Shown here in pieces: positions 37,066 through 48,012 of a DNA stretch of 64,000 nt. The notes beneath the pieces are model-generated. The model worked only from the letters and a program-made list of their open reading frames with translations, was not told the origin of the DNA and ran no database searches. The translations under genes were made by a program, and so were the position numbers. Origin of the DNA: a virus (Duplodnaviria; Caudoviricetes); IMG/VR virus record IMGVR_UViG_3300023435_000009. The stretch is one strand, 5' to 3'. Positions within the stretch are counted from its first letter, which is position 1. The number at the start of each line of letters is the position of its first letter.

Positions 37066-38457
37066 TTGAGAGTCACCCGCATTCTTCAGGCAGATGTCCC
37101 ACCCACCTTGTTGCAGATATGTAAGGTTACAGGGTTTCTTCGTGCAGACATCTGGCGCAGATATGGCGCTCTGAAGAATGTAAGTAAAAGTGCGTTGGAC
37201 ATCCGTAAGGAAATCGTAGCAGGTGGTTTTTACGCCTCTCTCGACGTAGACGGAACCATACGTAATGAAACGACCAAAGACGTCGTGAACGACATCCTAC
37301 TCTATAAAGCAGCGGCAAAGGGAAAGGTTCGCAAAGCAATTGCGCTGCGAACTGACGACAAGACAGAACGTAAACGACTCTACACACTCTTGAAGTCCGA
37401 TAAATGGCTGGAGGATTCCTTTCTCCATCGTCAAATGCGTAAGCATTTCAAGCACGGTGTCTCACACACGAAAAATCAGTTTGTCGTGAGATCCGACCAA
37501 TTCAAAATAAAACACGTTGCTGGTTACCTAACTATCACTATTCGAATCGCTCGTAAATATGGTGACAATATAGTTCTGACGACAACTTCAAATGGTACAA
37601 ACGTAGACCTGAGTGGTTGTAACCTTCGTGTTATTGTGAAGGATGATGTAACTGAAATCCATTACAGTATGGACAAGGGTGAGGGACGTACGCACGGTAG
37701 CCAGACGTTGGGCGTTGATAAGGGCTATACCGAAGCATTCGTTGATTCGGATGGTGAACATCATGGTGAGCAGTTCGGTGCTGTGATGACTGAGTACAGC
37801 GATAAGGTCAGTAAGACTGGTTCAGCTAGGAACAAGTTACATGCTCTGGAGAAAAAACACCGTCAGGGTGGAAACCTCAAAAAAGCTGACAACATCAGGA
37901 CTCACAATCTTGGGCGTAAAAAGATTGATGCCCGCAGGCAACTAGCTCAAACACAACTACGAGGTATTGCCTTCAAGGCTACCCATACCATTGTGGATAA
38001 GGCAGCAGTAGTTGTATCAGAGGATCTAACCTCTCCGATCGCAAAAAAACGACCTTGGAAAAGGTTTAATAGAAGAATGAGTGGCTGGGCAAAGGGAGCA
38101 CTTGCTGAGGCCCTCGATTCGGTTTGTACGCAGCGTGAGGCCAGTCACGAACTGGTCAACTGTGCCTACACATCGCAGATGGACTCTGTAACAGGTTTGC
38201 TGCAAGGTAAACGTGTTGGGGACAAGTTTCACCGTATTAACGGGGATGTTATTCAGGCCGATCACAATGCTGCATTGAACGTGTTAGTCCGGTTGTCTGA
38301 CAAGGACATCGGGCGTTTCACCTCCTATCAAGAGGTGAGGCGCATCTTGTTGGCACGTTCTCCGGCGGAACTGACCGTCAAGAGGCACGAGTTGCAGTCG
38401 AAAGGCTATCAACCGTGTGCGGATAAACCCTCACGATCAGAAGTGATCAACTTCTAA
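37066..38457 (+). mobile_element. tnpB: TnpB RNA-guided nuclease #2 (paralog of #1)
   Basis: GVDKGYTEAFVDSDGEHHG, VSEDL, QADHNAA; TTG start with AAGGAG SD. Confidence 0.88.
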
Positions 38458-38471
38458 GGGACAGGTAACTC

Positions 38472-39272
38472 ATGAGCGACACATTTGGCCCCTTCAACGT
38501 TCGCCCCGGTGTGCTGCAACGCTCTACCAACTTTCAGGATCTGGTGTTGCGTCACCGTGAAGGGACAACGGCGTATCGCCTTTGGGTGTCCGACTCGATT
38601 GAGAACGCCTATGGGACGTTGGCCAACTCAGGTCTCGCTGGTACTGGCGGCACAATGATGCTGGAGGTTGCCAAGGGAAGCTTGGGGATGACCGCTGGAC
38701 CTCGTGTGCGTGGTTGGCGTGTAGAGGAGAGCAGGAGGGGGCAGACCAGCTTTTTGGTAGATCCCAGGGATGTGCCTCTTTCCGATAACGTGGTGGTTTA
38801 CCATCGGGTGCAGGAGCAGCGGATGGGCAACTGGCTCGCCGTGCCTGCTGGTGCTATTCTCAACCCCAATAACCCTATTGGGGGACCAACTCTTGTTGTG
38901 CCTCCTGCTCCCTTTTTTGCAGCCTCCGCCAGTGTCCTGAGTCTTCAGTCCCTGGCCCCATTGATGACGGGTTGTGCCGGGGGGGTTCTCCCAGTCGTGG
39001 ACGAGACACTCCAGACGCCTACACCGATGCATCTGGTGTTCCCCCGTCCGGCGAGCACCATTATCGTCCGGAACCTCTCTGTGGGGGACACATTGTTGGT
39101 CTCCTTCAGTTTGGGGATGCCTATGATCGAGGTGGCTCCTGGTGAAGCTACAATCCCCACGGGTGGTGGTTATGCCCTCCCCGGAGTCCGGGAAATTGTG
39201 GTTGCTTCGTGGGTGCAGGGGCAAGATGCCGTCCCCTTCTCCGTAGAAGCTACGATTGGAATGCAAGTTTAA
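38472..39272 (+). CDS. Hypothetical protein, likely virion (266 aa)
   Basis: Long ORF with coding bias in a structural cluster. Confidence 0.65.
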   Translation: MSDTFGPFNVRPGVLQRSTNFQDLVLRHREGTTAYRLWVSDSIENAYGTLANSGLAGTGGTMMLEVAKGSLGMTAGPRVRGWRVEESRRGQTSFLVDPRDVPLSDNVVVYHRVQEQRMGNWLAVPAGAILNPNNPIGGPTLVVPPAPFFAASASVLSLQSLAPLMTGCAGGVLPVVDETLQTPTPMHLVFPRPASTIIVRNLSVGDTLLVSFSLGMPMIEVAPGEATIPTGGGYALPGVREIVVASWVQGQDAVPFSVEATIGMQV

Positions 39273-39292
39273 CTCCCACTCAGATCGGCCTG

Positions 39293-39307
39293 AATAGATC
39301 CCTTATA
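39293..39307 (+). promoter_or_regulatory. Candidate phage promoter (AAT-N8-TATA)
   Basis: AATAGATCCCTTATA upstream of the 39366 gene. Confidence 0.45.
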
Positions 39308-39365
39308 ACTGCCGCTGGATGACTGACTAGGGTGCCCCGGTGCCCACAACGTATAGAGGTGTAAG

Positions 39366-41690
39366 ATGCCGTACATCTGTCTCGCCCGAGATGATATCCC
39401 CAACGGTGTGGTTCAGGTTCTGGATCTTCAGCCCAACGCTTCCCAGCCCCCTCCGGGCACCCCTACGGCACAGTCACGTTACGTCAATCGGCCCTTGGCG
39501 GCTCCGGTGTCCGTGACTGCTGCCGGTGGTCTGGCTGCGGACGGTTTTGGCCTCGCAGCTTATTTGATGGACCGGGTTGAGCCTGGTGGTTTGGAGGTGG
39601 CTGCGGCTACCCTAACGGCAACCAGTCCTCTCCACGGGGACACAGTCACGGTGGCGGGCGTCGCTTTGACGGCCATCGCCAACTTAGCAACCGGAACCGC
39701 TCAGATGGTGGGTCCGACTGCTGCTGACACGGTCACGGTGGGAGTTACACCCTTCACCTGTGTGGAAGCCGTCGCAACCGGAACCGCTCAGATGGTGGAT
39801 CCGGTGGATGCCGACACCATCGACATCAAGACGGTCCCCTTCCTTTGTGTCGAGAACTACGCCGTTGGGACAGCGACGGTTGGCGGTGCAACTGCCGCTG
39901 GTGATACTCTTGTTATCAAGGGCGTCATCTTCACAGCGGTCAACCCTGGTCCCGGTGTTCCTGCCAACCAGACGTTCACCGATGTGGCTGGCTCAGGTAG
40001 TGCCATCCTCACGGCTGACTCTCTGGTGGCGACGATTAACGATCCTGCATCTCAGGTCCTGATTTTGGCTGCGGCTCCGGCGGGGATCACGGGAGTCGTT
40101 GCTGACAATGTCGGGGGTACCTCCGCAGTTGTCACCCTCACGGCGGATCACCTGGGTCTCCAGGGGGAACTCAGCCTGGTCCAGACTGGTGGAAACATCG
40201 TTGTGTCTGGGGCAGCGATGGTTGCTGTGGTTCCGGATCCCGCTGTTCAAGAGTTCGCTGGACTCCTCCAGGCGGTCGGTGGGACCAACATCGCAGTGGC
40301 CACCTCCTTGGCCCTGGCCGTCAACGACCCCGCTTCCCAGGCGCTTATCCTTGCGGCTGTCGCTCCCGCTGGTGGTGCCGTGTGTGCCGCAGCGACAGGT
40401 GGAACGGATACAGTGACCCTCACGGCGGATCTTCCCGGAGCACAGGGCGACTTTGCACTGGCTGAGAGCACCGCTGGAGCACGGGTGACCATTTCTGGTG
40501 CTGCCTTGGTCCATGTGGACGCTGACCCGGCGACTCAGGAGTTCAATTCACTTGCCCACTACGCCCCAGCGGGAACCAACGTAGCTGTGGCCACAAGCCT
40601 CGTGCTGGCCCTCAACGACGTAGCGAATCCTGAACCAGTGGGCGCTGACAACGCTGGAGGCACCCTCGACACCGTCACAATCACGGCGGGCAACAGGGGC
40701 CTGGTTGGGGAACTGGCGTTGGCAGAGAGTACCGTTGGAGCACGGGTGACCATCTCTGGTGCGACCCTGGTAGCGATCCTGCCGGTAGCGGCGACCCAGG
40801 AGTTTGCAGCTCTGGCGGCGGTAGCGAACAACGACGCTGTCGCCACCTCCTTCCGTACCACCCTCGTGGACGGAGCTACCATTGCCCTCATGCAGATCGT
40901 GACAGGTGGTCCTTATGTATCGGCGGTAGCGCCGGGTGCGGCAATCGTTACTATGACAGCACTGGATGCTTTGGCGGCGGCGCTCATCGGTCCCACCGGG
41001 AACATGCAGTTCATCACCTCCAACGATACACGGCTGGTGCAGGATGCGGTGGCAGCGGTGACGAGCACTCTGAACCGTGCTCACCAGACCTGGACGGGGG
41101 CCTTCCAGGTTGCCACGGCGGCAGCCCTCCAGGCACGAGTGGACGCTGGGACAGCAATGGCGCTGGCGGATCTCGATACGGTTCTGCTGGCTCAGGGTGG
41201 TGGCGAACTGACGGTACTCGGTGGAAGCAATTCGACCGGCACGGTGGTGGACGTCCTGTCCATCCTGGCGGGTCGGGGCTACAGGGCACCCACCAACAAC
41301 GATCAGACGGGAGCCGTCAACATCTACATGACGGGAGCCGCCACATGGAACCCGGTCACGCTTGGTGGGTTCACCGAACTGGTCCGGGAGTTCAGCGCCA
41401 ACTGGGGTCACGGAGAGATCCGTTCCATGGCCATCGGTGGTGACTGGGTGGCTCGGGAGATCACCCCAATCCGTCACACGGTGGACACGGATGCCCTTCA
41501 GATCTCACTGGCACATGGTACTCTGGCTGTGTTTGGAGCGGTTGCTGGACAGCCTCCGGTCACGCTCTGGCCGGACAGTGACTTCCAGCCCTTCTACCCC
41601 TGGACCTATCAGAAGACCCTGGGGTTCCCTACGGTCAACAACGCCCGGCTTTTGACCATTTATGATGACACAGGCGCTGTCCTGGCATAA
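39366..41690 (+). CDS. Ala/Gly/Thr-rich structural protein with internal repeat modules (774 aa)
   Basis: Shares N- and C-termini with the next two genes; about five ~90-aa QEF...ND...VT.TA...ISGA modules. Confidence 0.75.
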   Translation: MPYICLARDDIPNGVVQVLDLQPNASQPPPGTPTAQSRYVNRPLAAPVSVTAAGGLAADGFGLAAYLMDRVEPGGLEVAAATLTATSPLHGDTVTVAGVALTAIANLATGTAQMVGPTAADTVTVGVTPFTCVEAVATGTAQMVDPVDADTIDIKTVPFLCVENYAVGTATVGGATAAGDTLVIKGVIFTAVNPGPGVPANQTFTDVAGSGSAILTADSLVATINDPASQVLILAAAPAGITGVVADNVGGTSAVVTLTADHLGLQGELSLVQTGGNIVVSGAAMVAVVPDPAVQEFAGLLQAVGGTNIAVATSLALAVNDPASQALILAAVAPAGGAVCAAATGGTDTVTLTADLPGAQGDFALAESTAGARVTISGAALVHVDADPATQEFNSLAHYAPAGTNVAVATSLVLALNDVANPEPVGADNAGGTLDTVTITAGNRGLVGELALAESTVGARVTISGATLVAILPVAATQEFAALAAVANNDAVATSFRTTLVDGATIALMQIVTGGPYVSAVAPGAAIVTMTALDALAAALIGPTGNMQFITSNDTRLVQDAVAAVTSTLNRAHQTWTGAFQVATAAALQARVDAGTAMALADLDTVLLAQGGGELTVLGGSNSTGTVVDVLSILAGRGYRAPTNNDQTGAVNIYMTGAATWNPVTLGGFTELVREFSANWGHGEIRSMAIGGDWVAREITPIRHTVDTDALQISLAHGTLAVFGAVAGQPPVTLWPDSDFQPFYPWTYQKTLGFPTVNNARLLTIYDDTGAVLA

Positions 41691-41702
41691 CGGAGGATCC
41701 TA

Positions 41703-42500
41703 ATGGCACGTGCGTACATTGCTCTGGTTCGTGGAGACATTGACGACAACATGCTGCAGATCCTCGATCTCCAGCCCAACAGTTCCCAGCGGAACTCGGT
41801 CTACGACGGCGCAGGGCAGACCGGCTACATGGCGTGGACGCCCCAGCACGACGTCGTGGTCACCGCCGTCCCGGTAGCGAATACCCAGATGGTGGCGGAT
41901 TCCTATGGCCTGGCAGCCTACCTGGTGGACAACGTCGAGGACAACGACAACGCAAACATCATCCTCACGGATGCCCGTGCCAACGCAGTCGCTACAGGCA
42001 TCCTGAATGCTGTGGTTGCAGGGACGGCAGTCACTCTGGCAGCTATTGATGCTCTCATCGCAATTGCTACGGGTGGTGCTACGTCCGGTCTCGCCACGGC
42101 GGACTCTACCGGGACGGTAGAGGAAGTTCTCCGTATCCTCGGCGGCGAGGTTTACAAGGTGGCTGCGGCGGCGACCCTGTCAGGCGCTGCGGCAGCCTTT
42201 GTCGGTCCCGTACACGTTCCCGCTGGCGGGTTCGTAGTGCCCGTAACGGTCAATGGAATCGTGACGTACCCCTCCGACTGGCGGAACGTTCGCACGTTCA
42301 TGGACAACGGTTATTTGCACCTGTCCCGGCTTGCCGGAAATCTGTCACAGGTTGCAGCGGCGACCTACGTGTGGGACAACCCGGCGCTCACCTACGGGGC
42401 AGCGGGTACGGCCCTCTTTGTGGACGCCACCCAGATGCTTACCACGATTTCCAGGGCGCTAGTGGTGTACGACGCTACGGGTGCCGTGATCACCACTTAA
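41703..42500 (+). CDS. Paralogous structural protein without the module (265 aa)
   Basis: MARAYIAL.RGDIDDNMLQILDLQPNSS start; ends VYDATGAV. Confidence 0.75.
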   Translation: MARAYIALVRGDIDDNMLQILDLQPNSSQRNSVYDGAGQTGYMAWTPQHDVVVTAVPVANTQMVADSYGLAAYLVDNVEDNDNANIILTDARANAVATGILNAVVAGTAVTLAAIDALIAIATGGATSGLATADSTGTVEEVLRILGGEVYKVAAAATLSGAAAAFVGPVHVPAGGFVVPVTVNGIVTYPSDWRNVRTFMDNGYLHLSRLAGNLSQVAAATYVWDNPALTYGAAGTALFVDATQMLTTISRALVVYDATGAVITT

Positions 42501-42512
42501 GGGAGGATTCCG

Positions 42513-43685
42513 ATGGCACGTGCGTACATTGCTCTGGCTCGGGGAGACATTGACGATAACATGTTGCAGATCCTCGATCTGCAACCCAACAGTTCCCTTC
42601 GTAACCCAATCTACGAGGGTGCAGGACAGACCGGCTACATGGCGTGGACGGCCCAGAACGAGACAATTGCCCACACGAACGTAGGTGGTTTTCTCCAAGC
42701 GACTGCCACCTACGTCGGCCTGGCAACCTACATCGGTGCAAGGGTCGATGACATCACGGGCGGTGGTAACAACTGCGTGGTGGCGCTGGAAGCCAACAGG
42801 GCAGCGCAGGCTATCCTTGCTCGGGTTCGTCAGGGTCAGGCTCTGACTCTGGCCGGGATCAATGCAGCAATCCAGTCCGTGCCCGGTTTGGCCACCTCCG
42901 GTATCGTCGGAACAGGTACATCAACCGCAACGGTGGCGGAAATCCTTCGCATCGTGGGCGGGGAAGTGTTCCAAATCGCTGCCGCCATCCCCTTCTCAGG
43001 TGCTGCTGGGATCTTCCTCGGCACGGCAGGAGCCTTCATTGTCCCCGTGGTGGTCAACGGAATCACAACGTATCCGGCAGCTTGGCGACACGTCCGCCCG
43101 TTCATCGACACCGGCTCGCTGCATCAGTCCCGCTTCACGGGTGCCCTGTCTCAGCTTGCCGCTGCGACCTATGTGTGGAACAACCCGGCACTCACCTATG
43201 CCCCGGCCAACACCGCTACGGGTACAGCGCTCGTCATCGCAGGTTTGGTAGCGGGTGACACCTTCACCCTCAAGGACATCCCCTTCACCTGTGTCAATGG
43301 TGTGCCCAACCCGGCGGTCCAGGAGTACCGGGACATCGCCGGATCAGGAAGTGCCGTGGCCTCGGCTACGACCCTGGCGGCAGCGATCAACGACCCCGCC
43401 ACCCAGGTGCTCATCGCAGCAGTCGCCCTGGCTGGGCCGACTTGTGCGGCAACAAATGTGGGTGGCACCTCCGCCACGGTGACCATCCTCGCTTCCGTCA
43501 TGGGCGCTCAGGGGCAGTTCACAATGCTTCAGACGGGTGCCCACCTCACCCTCTCCGGTGCTGCACTGGTTGCAGCCGCAGACGCCAGCGATCAGGGCTA
43601 CTGGGTAGACGCCACGCCCCTGACATCTACGACCAGCCTGGCGCTGACGGTGTACGATGCAACCGGAGCCGTGATCCTCAACTGA
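42513..43685 (+). CDS. Paralogous structural protein with one module (390 aa)
   Basis: 5' DNA nearly identical to the 41703 gene. Confidence 0.75.
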   Translation: MARAYIALARGDIDDNMLQILDLQPNSSLRNPIYEGAGQTGYMAWTAQNETIAHTNVGGFLQATATYVGLATYIGARVDDITGGGNNCVVALEANRAAQAILARVRQGQALTLAGINAAIQSVPGLATSGIVGTGTSTATVAEILRIVGGEVFQIAAAIPFSGAAGIFLGTAGAFIVPVVVNGITTYPAAWRHVRPFIDTGSLHQSRFTGALSQLAAATYVWNNPALTYAPANTATGTALVIAGLVAGDTFTLKDIPFTCVNGVPNPAVQEYRDIAGSGSAVASATTLAAAINDPATQVLIAAVALAGPTCAATNVGGTSATVTILASVMGAQGQFTMLQTGAHLTLSGAALVAAADASDQGYWVDATPLTSTTSLALTVYDATGAVILN

Positions 43686-43690
43686 TCCCA

Positions 43691-43724
43691 GGCAGGGTGG
43701 TCCCGCTCACAGGACCACCCTGCC
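43691..43724 (+). terminator. Perfect 13-bp stem-loop ending the paralog operon
   Basis: GGCAGGGTGGTCC / GGACCACCCTGCC; no U-tract. Confidence 0.55.
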
Positions 43725-43728
43725 TCAC

Positions 43729-43744
43729 CAATCCTCCGCCTATA
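43729..43744 (+). promoter_or_regulatory. Candidate phage promoter (AAT-N8-TATA)
   Basis: CAATCCTCCGCCTATA right after the hairpin; near-identical to 20677. Confidence 0.5.
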
Positions 43745-43796
43745 AGCCCCCTCAGAGTAGTACCCTCCGTCAGTCGGAGTGGAAGGATGGAGCACT

Positions 43797-44045
43797 ATGA
43801 CAGACACGACACAGAACACGTACAGAACGTCGGATCTCTATTATGCCGCCTACCTCAAAGTAGCCGGTGTGCCCTTTGTGGAAACAGTGCGGGATAAAGT
43901 CCGGCTGTACTTCCACTTTGAGGTTACGGACGGGATGCGAGAGTTGAAGAATGCGTTCTACAACCGCACGGCGAAGGTTCCCGCTCTCAGTTATGCAGAC
44001 GAGATCCGAACGATGAAGGCCCTCACCCACTCCGAGGACGAGTGA
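43797..44045 (+). CDS. Small DUF5659-like protein
   Basis: YRTSDLYYAAYL...LYFHF pattern. Confidence 0.6.
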   Translation: MTDTTQNTYRTSDLYYAAYLKVAGVPFVETVRDKVRLYFHFEVTDGMRELKNAFYNRTAKVPALSYADEIRTMKALTHSEDE

Positions 44046-44062
44046 CCACCTGAGGAAGAGCG

Positions 44063-44398
44063 ATGGCTGCATTACAGCACGCACTCCCACCTTGGCAGAT
44101 CCTACTGGCCATCTACGGGCTGGCCTATCTCCTCAGGCATAAGTGTATCTTCCTGATGGGACGGGCACGGTGGCTCGATTGGATGCTCGAATGCACCTTC
44201 TGTGTAGGAGGGCACGCCGGATGGCTTGTGTGGTTGCTTGCAGTGGCCATCAACGGGGGCTGGCCCCTGACTACTTGGTGGGGAAATAGCTGTTCCTTTG
44301 TGCTCTGGGTTTTCATCGGCGCAGGATGGGTCTGCATAGTCGATCCGGTGGTAAGGTGCTTTGACAGTAGGAGCGAGGAAGGCACCGATGGATATTGA
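44063..44398 (+). CDS. Small membrane protein (possible holin-like/DUF1360-like)
   Basis: Three hydrophobic segments; CTFC.G.H.GW motif. Confidence 0.5.
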   Translation: MAALQHALPPWQILLAIYGLAYLLRHKCIFLMGRARWLDWMLECTFCVGGHAGWLVWLLAVAINGGWPLTTWWGNSCSFVLWVFIGAGWVCIVDPVVRCFDSRSEEGTDGY

Positions 44399-44657
44399 GT
44401 ACAACGGGGACAGTTGCAACATCGTCGTCCCCACGAAGCAGAAGGTCGGCACCTTCGTGAATGCCTTTAGAGTACTCCCCGACGTGGGGGACGAAGTGCT
44501 CCTGGATTTCTGCATTTACTCACAGCAGGAGCAGGAAGCAAACGTCGTTGCCCGACTCCGTGTCCATCGAGAGTTCCTCGTCCAGATCCGTGACCGCCTG
44601 AACCTGACCATGCAGGAGATCCCCGTCGAAACCGTAAGCAATGAGTTGGTACATTAG
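44388..44657 (+). CDS. Small hypothetical protein (DUF3467-like)
   Basis: FVNAFRV...EVLLDF...VVARL pattern. Confidence 0.5.
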   Translation: MDIEYNGDSCNIVVPTKQKVGTFVNAFRVLPDVGDEVLLDFCIYSQQEQEANVVARLRVHREFLVQIRDRLNLTMQEIPVETVSNELVH

Positions 44658-44668
44658 GGGAGGCGGAC

Positions 44669-45559
44669 ATGGCTTTCAGTCCAGGACAGAATATCGGGCG
44701 TGGGGATTTGGATATCTTCCTTGTGGACGCCCATGGCAACCCCACCCAGGCAGCGGAGATCTACTACGCCCTGTTCTATGTCGATCCAGGACCACCTGAG
44801 GTTGAGGTACTGATCGGATCCGCCCAGCGGACACCCGTGAACCCACAGATCGGTGAGTACTACGCAGCCCTCCAGATTCCCGGCCTCGCCACCCTGGGGA
44901 ACTACCGTATCCGATGGTACTTCCGAGAGTACGTGTCCCAGGCGCTCACCGAAGTCGTGCAGCAGTTCGAGGTCGTGGAACCCGCTGCAATAGGTGTCGT
45001 ACACTACTCGGCAGACCAATGGTCGATGATCAATAAGCTCCGATTATTACTCCGAGATCAGAATCCTGATAAATTTTATAAATTCCGTCCTCCGGAACAC
45101 GAAGGGGCAATCGGAAAGTATAACAGGGTCTTCGGACAGATCTGGGAGGACGCTGAACTGCTGGAGTACCTCGAACGGTCCCTGGACTGGTTCAACATGT
45201 TCCCACCACTCAGCCAAGGGATCAGCACCATCGATATGTTGGTCAACGCAATGCCCGCCTGGAGAACCGCTATCCTGTGGGGAGCTATCACCCACGCCTG
45301 TTTCGCTATGGCGATGAATTGGGTGGCCGACGAGTTCGATTATAGCATAGGTGGGGTTAGCCTTACCATTGAGAAGTCCTCGAAATATGAGAGCTTGAAA
45401 CAGAACTCTGAAACCATGTTTGATAAGGCCACCGAGTCCAAACAACGGACGGTCAAGTTCATCCGTGGTTTGCAGCAGCCACGATTCGGAATGGGCGTTC
45501 GCTCATCTTTCGGACCTTTTGTAGGTCGAGGGGTCCTGAGCCCGAGATCTTTCGTCTAA
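44669..45559 (+). CDS. Putative head-tail connector/neck protein
   Basis: Ig-like N-terminus; LRLLLRD...DAELLEYL...DYSIGGVSL helical C-terminus typical of myovirus adaptors. Confidence 0.55.
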   Translation: MAFSPGQNIGRGDLDIFLVDAHGNPTQAAEIYYALFYVDPGPPEVEVLIGSAQRTPVNPQIGEYYAALQIPGLATLGNYRIRWYFREYVSQALTEVVQQFEVVEPAAIGVVHYSADQWSMINKLRLLLRDQNPDKFYKFRPPEHEGAIGKYNRVFGQIWEDAELLEYLERSLDWFNMFPPLSQGISTIDMLVNAMPAWRTAILWGAITHACFAMAMNWVADEFDYSIGGVSLTIEKSSKYESLKQNSETMFDKATESKQRTVKFIRGLQQPRFGMGVRSSFGPFVGRGVLSPRSFV

Positions 45560-45585
45560 TTTTTTCAAAGGGTTACACCTATTCC

Positions 45586-45615
45586 TTGACAATGCTAGTT
45601 AAGTATCGGCATACT
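45586..45615 (+). promoter_or_regulatory. Sigma70-type promoter
   Basis: TTGACA-18 nt-CATACT upstream of an endonuclease-like gene. Confidence 0.55.
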
Positions 45616-45643
45616 ACCCGAGGCGCAACCCTCGGAGGCTCCA

Positions 45644-47017
45644 ATGTCCAACAAAGTGAAATGTCCTGCATGCGGAAAAGAGATCGCTGTTAAGGGTGTC
45701 CCTGGGCACACGAACGGCTGTCCCAAGTGGAATGGTTTTTCCAAGCTCCCTCCTTCTGAGTTTGACTTCGACCGCTACTACCGCCGGAAGCTGTGGGCTG
45801 ACGGGATGGTAGAGGGAGAGGACTATGTGTCCTGCTTCCTGTGTGGGGGGGACCACCGGGCGAGGAGGCTGGCGGATCATCTGAAGGTGAAACATCAAAT
45901 GACCACGGAGGCGTACCGGGAGGTCTTTGATGGTGTCCTTGTGGTTGCCAAGGGGAGTCTCCGGCAGCGGGCGGCTACGGTACGGGAACGGTACGGAGTG
46001 GACAACGTGGCTCAGGCTGTGGAGATCCGGCAGAAGCTGGTTGAAAACAGCCGGGCTGCAGATCCAGACGTGGTAGCCAAACGGAAGGCAACCAACGTGG
46101 CCCGCTATGGGCACGAGAACCCGTTTGGAGGGGAGGGTGGTAGTGAACGGGCACGTCGGGGGATGAAGGCCAAGTACGGGGCCGAGAACCCCCAGCAAGT
46201 GCCTGAGATCCGGGAAAGGACTATCAAAACGACGGAGGAGAGGCACGGTGCCCCCTCGACGTTTGAGACTGAGGGGTACAGGGAGCGGTTCCGAAAGATC
46301 AGCCAGGAGCGGTTCGGGGCGGACCACCCAATGCAGTCCGAAGAGGGGAAGAGGCGTTGTTTCCGCACCATTCAGGCTCACCATGGGGTGGATACTGTGT
46401 TTGCTCTGCCGGAAGTCCAGGCCCGTGCCTACGCCTCCAACCTTGCCAACCACGGGGGCCGTCACTCTCAGCAGTGCCCCGAGGTGTTGGCCAAGGCACG
46501 GGAAACCTGGATGGAGAAGTACGGGGTAGATAACCCGTCCAAGTGCGAGGAGATCAAGGCCCGGATCAAGGAAGTCTGGATGGGGAAGTACGGGGTGCCT
46601 TTCCCGCCTCAGAGCATGTGGTTTAACCGTGAGCAGAGTTGTCCCAACAAGCTGGAGCAGGCTGTTCAGAAGATGCTCCCTGCCTATGTTGTGTTTGCAG
46701 GGGATGGGTCCTACTGGGTGCGTTGTGCTGGGGCGTCACGGGCAAGGAACCCAGACTTCGTGGTGTTGACCCATGACCAGCTTGAGGCGTACAAGGCGGG
46801 TGCAGCTCTGAATGGTCTCAGGACGTGGCGCATCATCGAGGCGTTTGGTGATTATTGGCATGGACCCCTAAAGACGGGAGTAGACCGACAGACGCATAAA
46901 CTAGATGTTATTGATTATTACACGAAGGCCGGGATCCAGTGCCTCATCCTGTGGGAATCTGAAATCAAAAAGCATCCTCGTCAGACGGCGGAGCGGTTGA
47001 GATCCTTCCTGGGATGA
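45644..47017 (+). mobile_element. Putative Vsr/EDxHD-like homing endonuclease with zinc fingers and YGVDN repeats
   Basis: CPAC and C..C...HL..KH fingers; repeated (R/K)YG.(D/E)N..Q..E units; C-terminal PDF..IEAFGDYWHG..LWESE. Confidence 0.65.
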
Positions 47018-47084
47018 TCATCAGGGCTGCGGTTGGAGTAGACCAGGTGAATGTACTGGGACGTTTGCCCTTGGAGGTACCAAC

Positions 47085-47318
47085 ATGGGACTTTTTATCT
47101 TTTGGATTGTGATGATGTTTCTGGGTGCCTGGATAGGGAGCGGTAAGAACCGGAGCGGTGAGGGGTTTGCATGGGCCTTTTTCTTCGGGCCTCTGGGAGT
47201 TCTTATTATTGCCCTGCGGTCTGAGCACTTCGACTATGTGTGCCCTATGTGTAAACTTGGCATCCGTCAGGGCGCTACCATATGTCCTCATTGCCGTAGT
47301 GGTCCAGGCAAGGAATAG
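47085..47318 (+). CDS. Small membrane protein with double zinc ribbon
   Basis: Two TM-like segments; CPMC...CPHC. Confidence 0.6.
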   Translation: MGLFIFWIVMMFLGAWIGSGKNRSGEGFAWAFFFGPLGVLIIALRSEHFDYVCPMCKLGIRQGATICPHCRSGPGKE

Positions 47319-47365
47319 GTGTTAAGGGGCCGGGGTCGTTGAGAAGCGTTGTGCTGGAGTAGACC

Positions 47366-47983
47366 ATGGTACGGAGGCACCCGATGAGTGATCCTATTCT
47401 GTTGTCTGTCCACGGGGAGCGGGGTCCGGTCAAGGACGACTCTTTGGTGTTCACCTTTGAGATACGTCGGGACTCCTACGAGCCCTTCTCGTATGTCTTC
47501 ACGGCTGAGGAGAAGCTGCTCCAGAAGAGGGTCAAGAGCCTCGTCTGGAGGCTGGCAGGCCACGTTATAGAGGTTTGCGACGAGAAGTCACTGGACCTGA
47601 TGCATCCTGGGGATGATGGTGTTGTGGAGCGTGTAGGTAGCGTCGGCACCCAGGTGATGCTGATCTTCTCAGATGCCTCCGAGAGGTTTCAGGCCCTCAA
47701 TGAGGTACTGAACGAAGCTGTTCGTCGTTTGTGGGTGGCTACGGTGGGGTGTGTCTCAGTCTCCGTTTTTGGAGTCACCCCTCAGGTTGCTGCCTTCTGT
47801 CACGGAAACCTTCATGCCACTCTGGAGGAGTCGGGGGAGTACGCCCTGACGGGAGCCTGGGGTCAGCAGTACCTGAAGAACATCGCAGGGGATCATCCTA
47901 GCCAACCTCTGAGTAGATCGTGTAACTGCCCCATGGTGGGTTGCCAACAGCTTCATTTTTCAGGGACATTCCGCCTCCTTTAG
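47366..47983 (+). CDS. Hypothetical protein
   Basis: ORF with coding bias; start may be ATG 47384. Confidence 0.55.
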   Translation: MVRRHPMSDPILLSVHGERGPVKDDSLVFTFEIRRDSYEPFSYVFTAEEKLLQKRVKSLVWRLAGHVIEVCDEKSLDLMHPGDDGVVERVGSVGTQVMLIFSDASERFQALNEVLNEAVRRLWVATVGCVSVSVFGVTPQVAAFCHGNLHATLEESGEYALTGAWGQQYLKNIAGDHPSQPLSRSCNCPMVGCQQLHFSGTFRLL

Positions 47984-48012
47984 GTTCAATTGAGCCCCTC
48001 TTCTTTTTCCGG

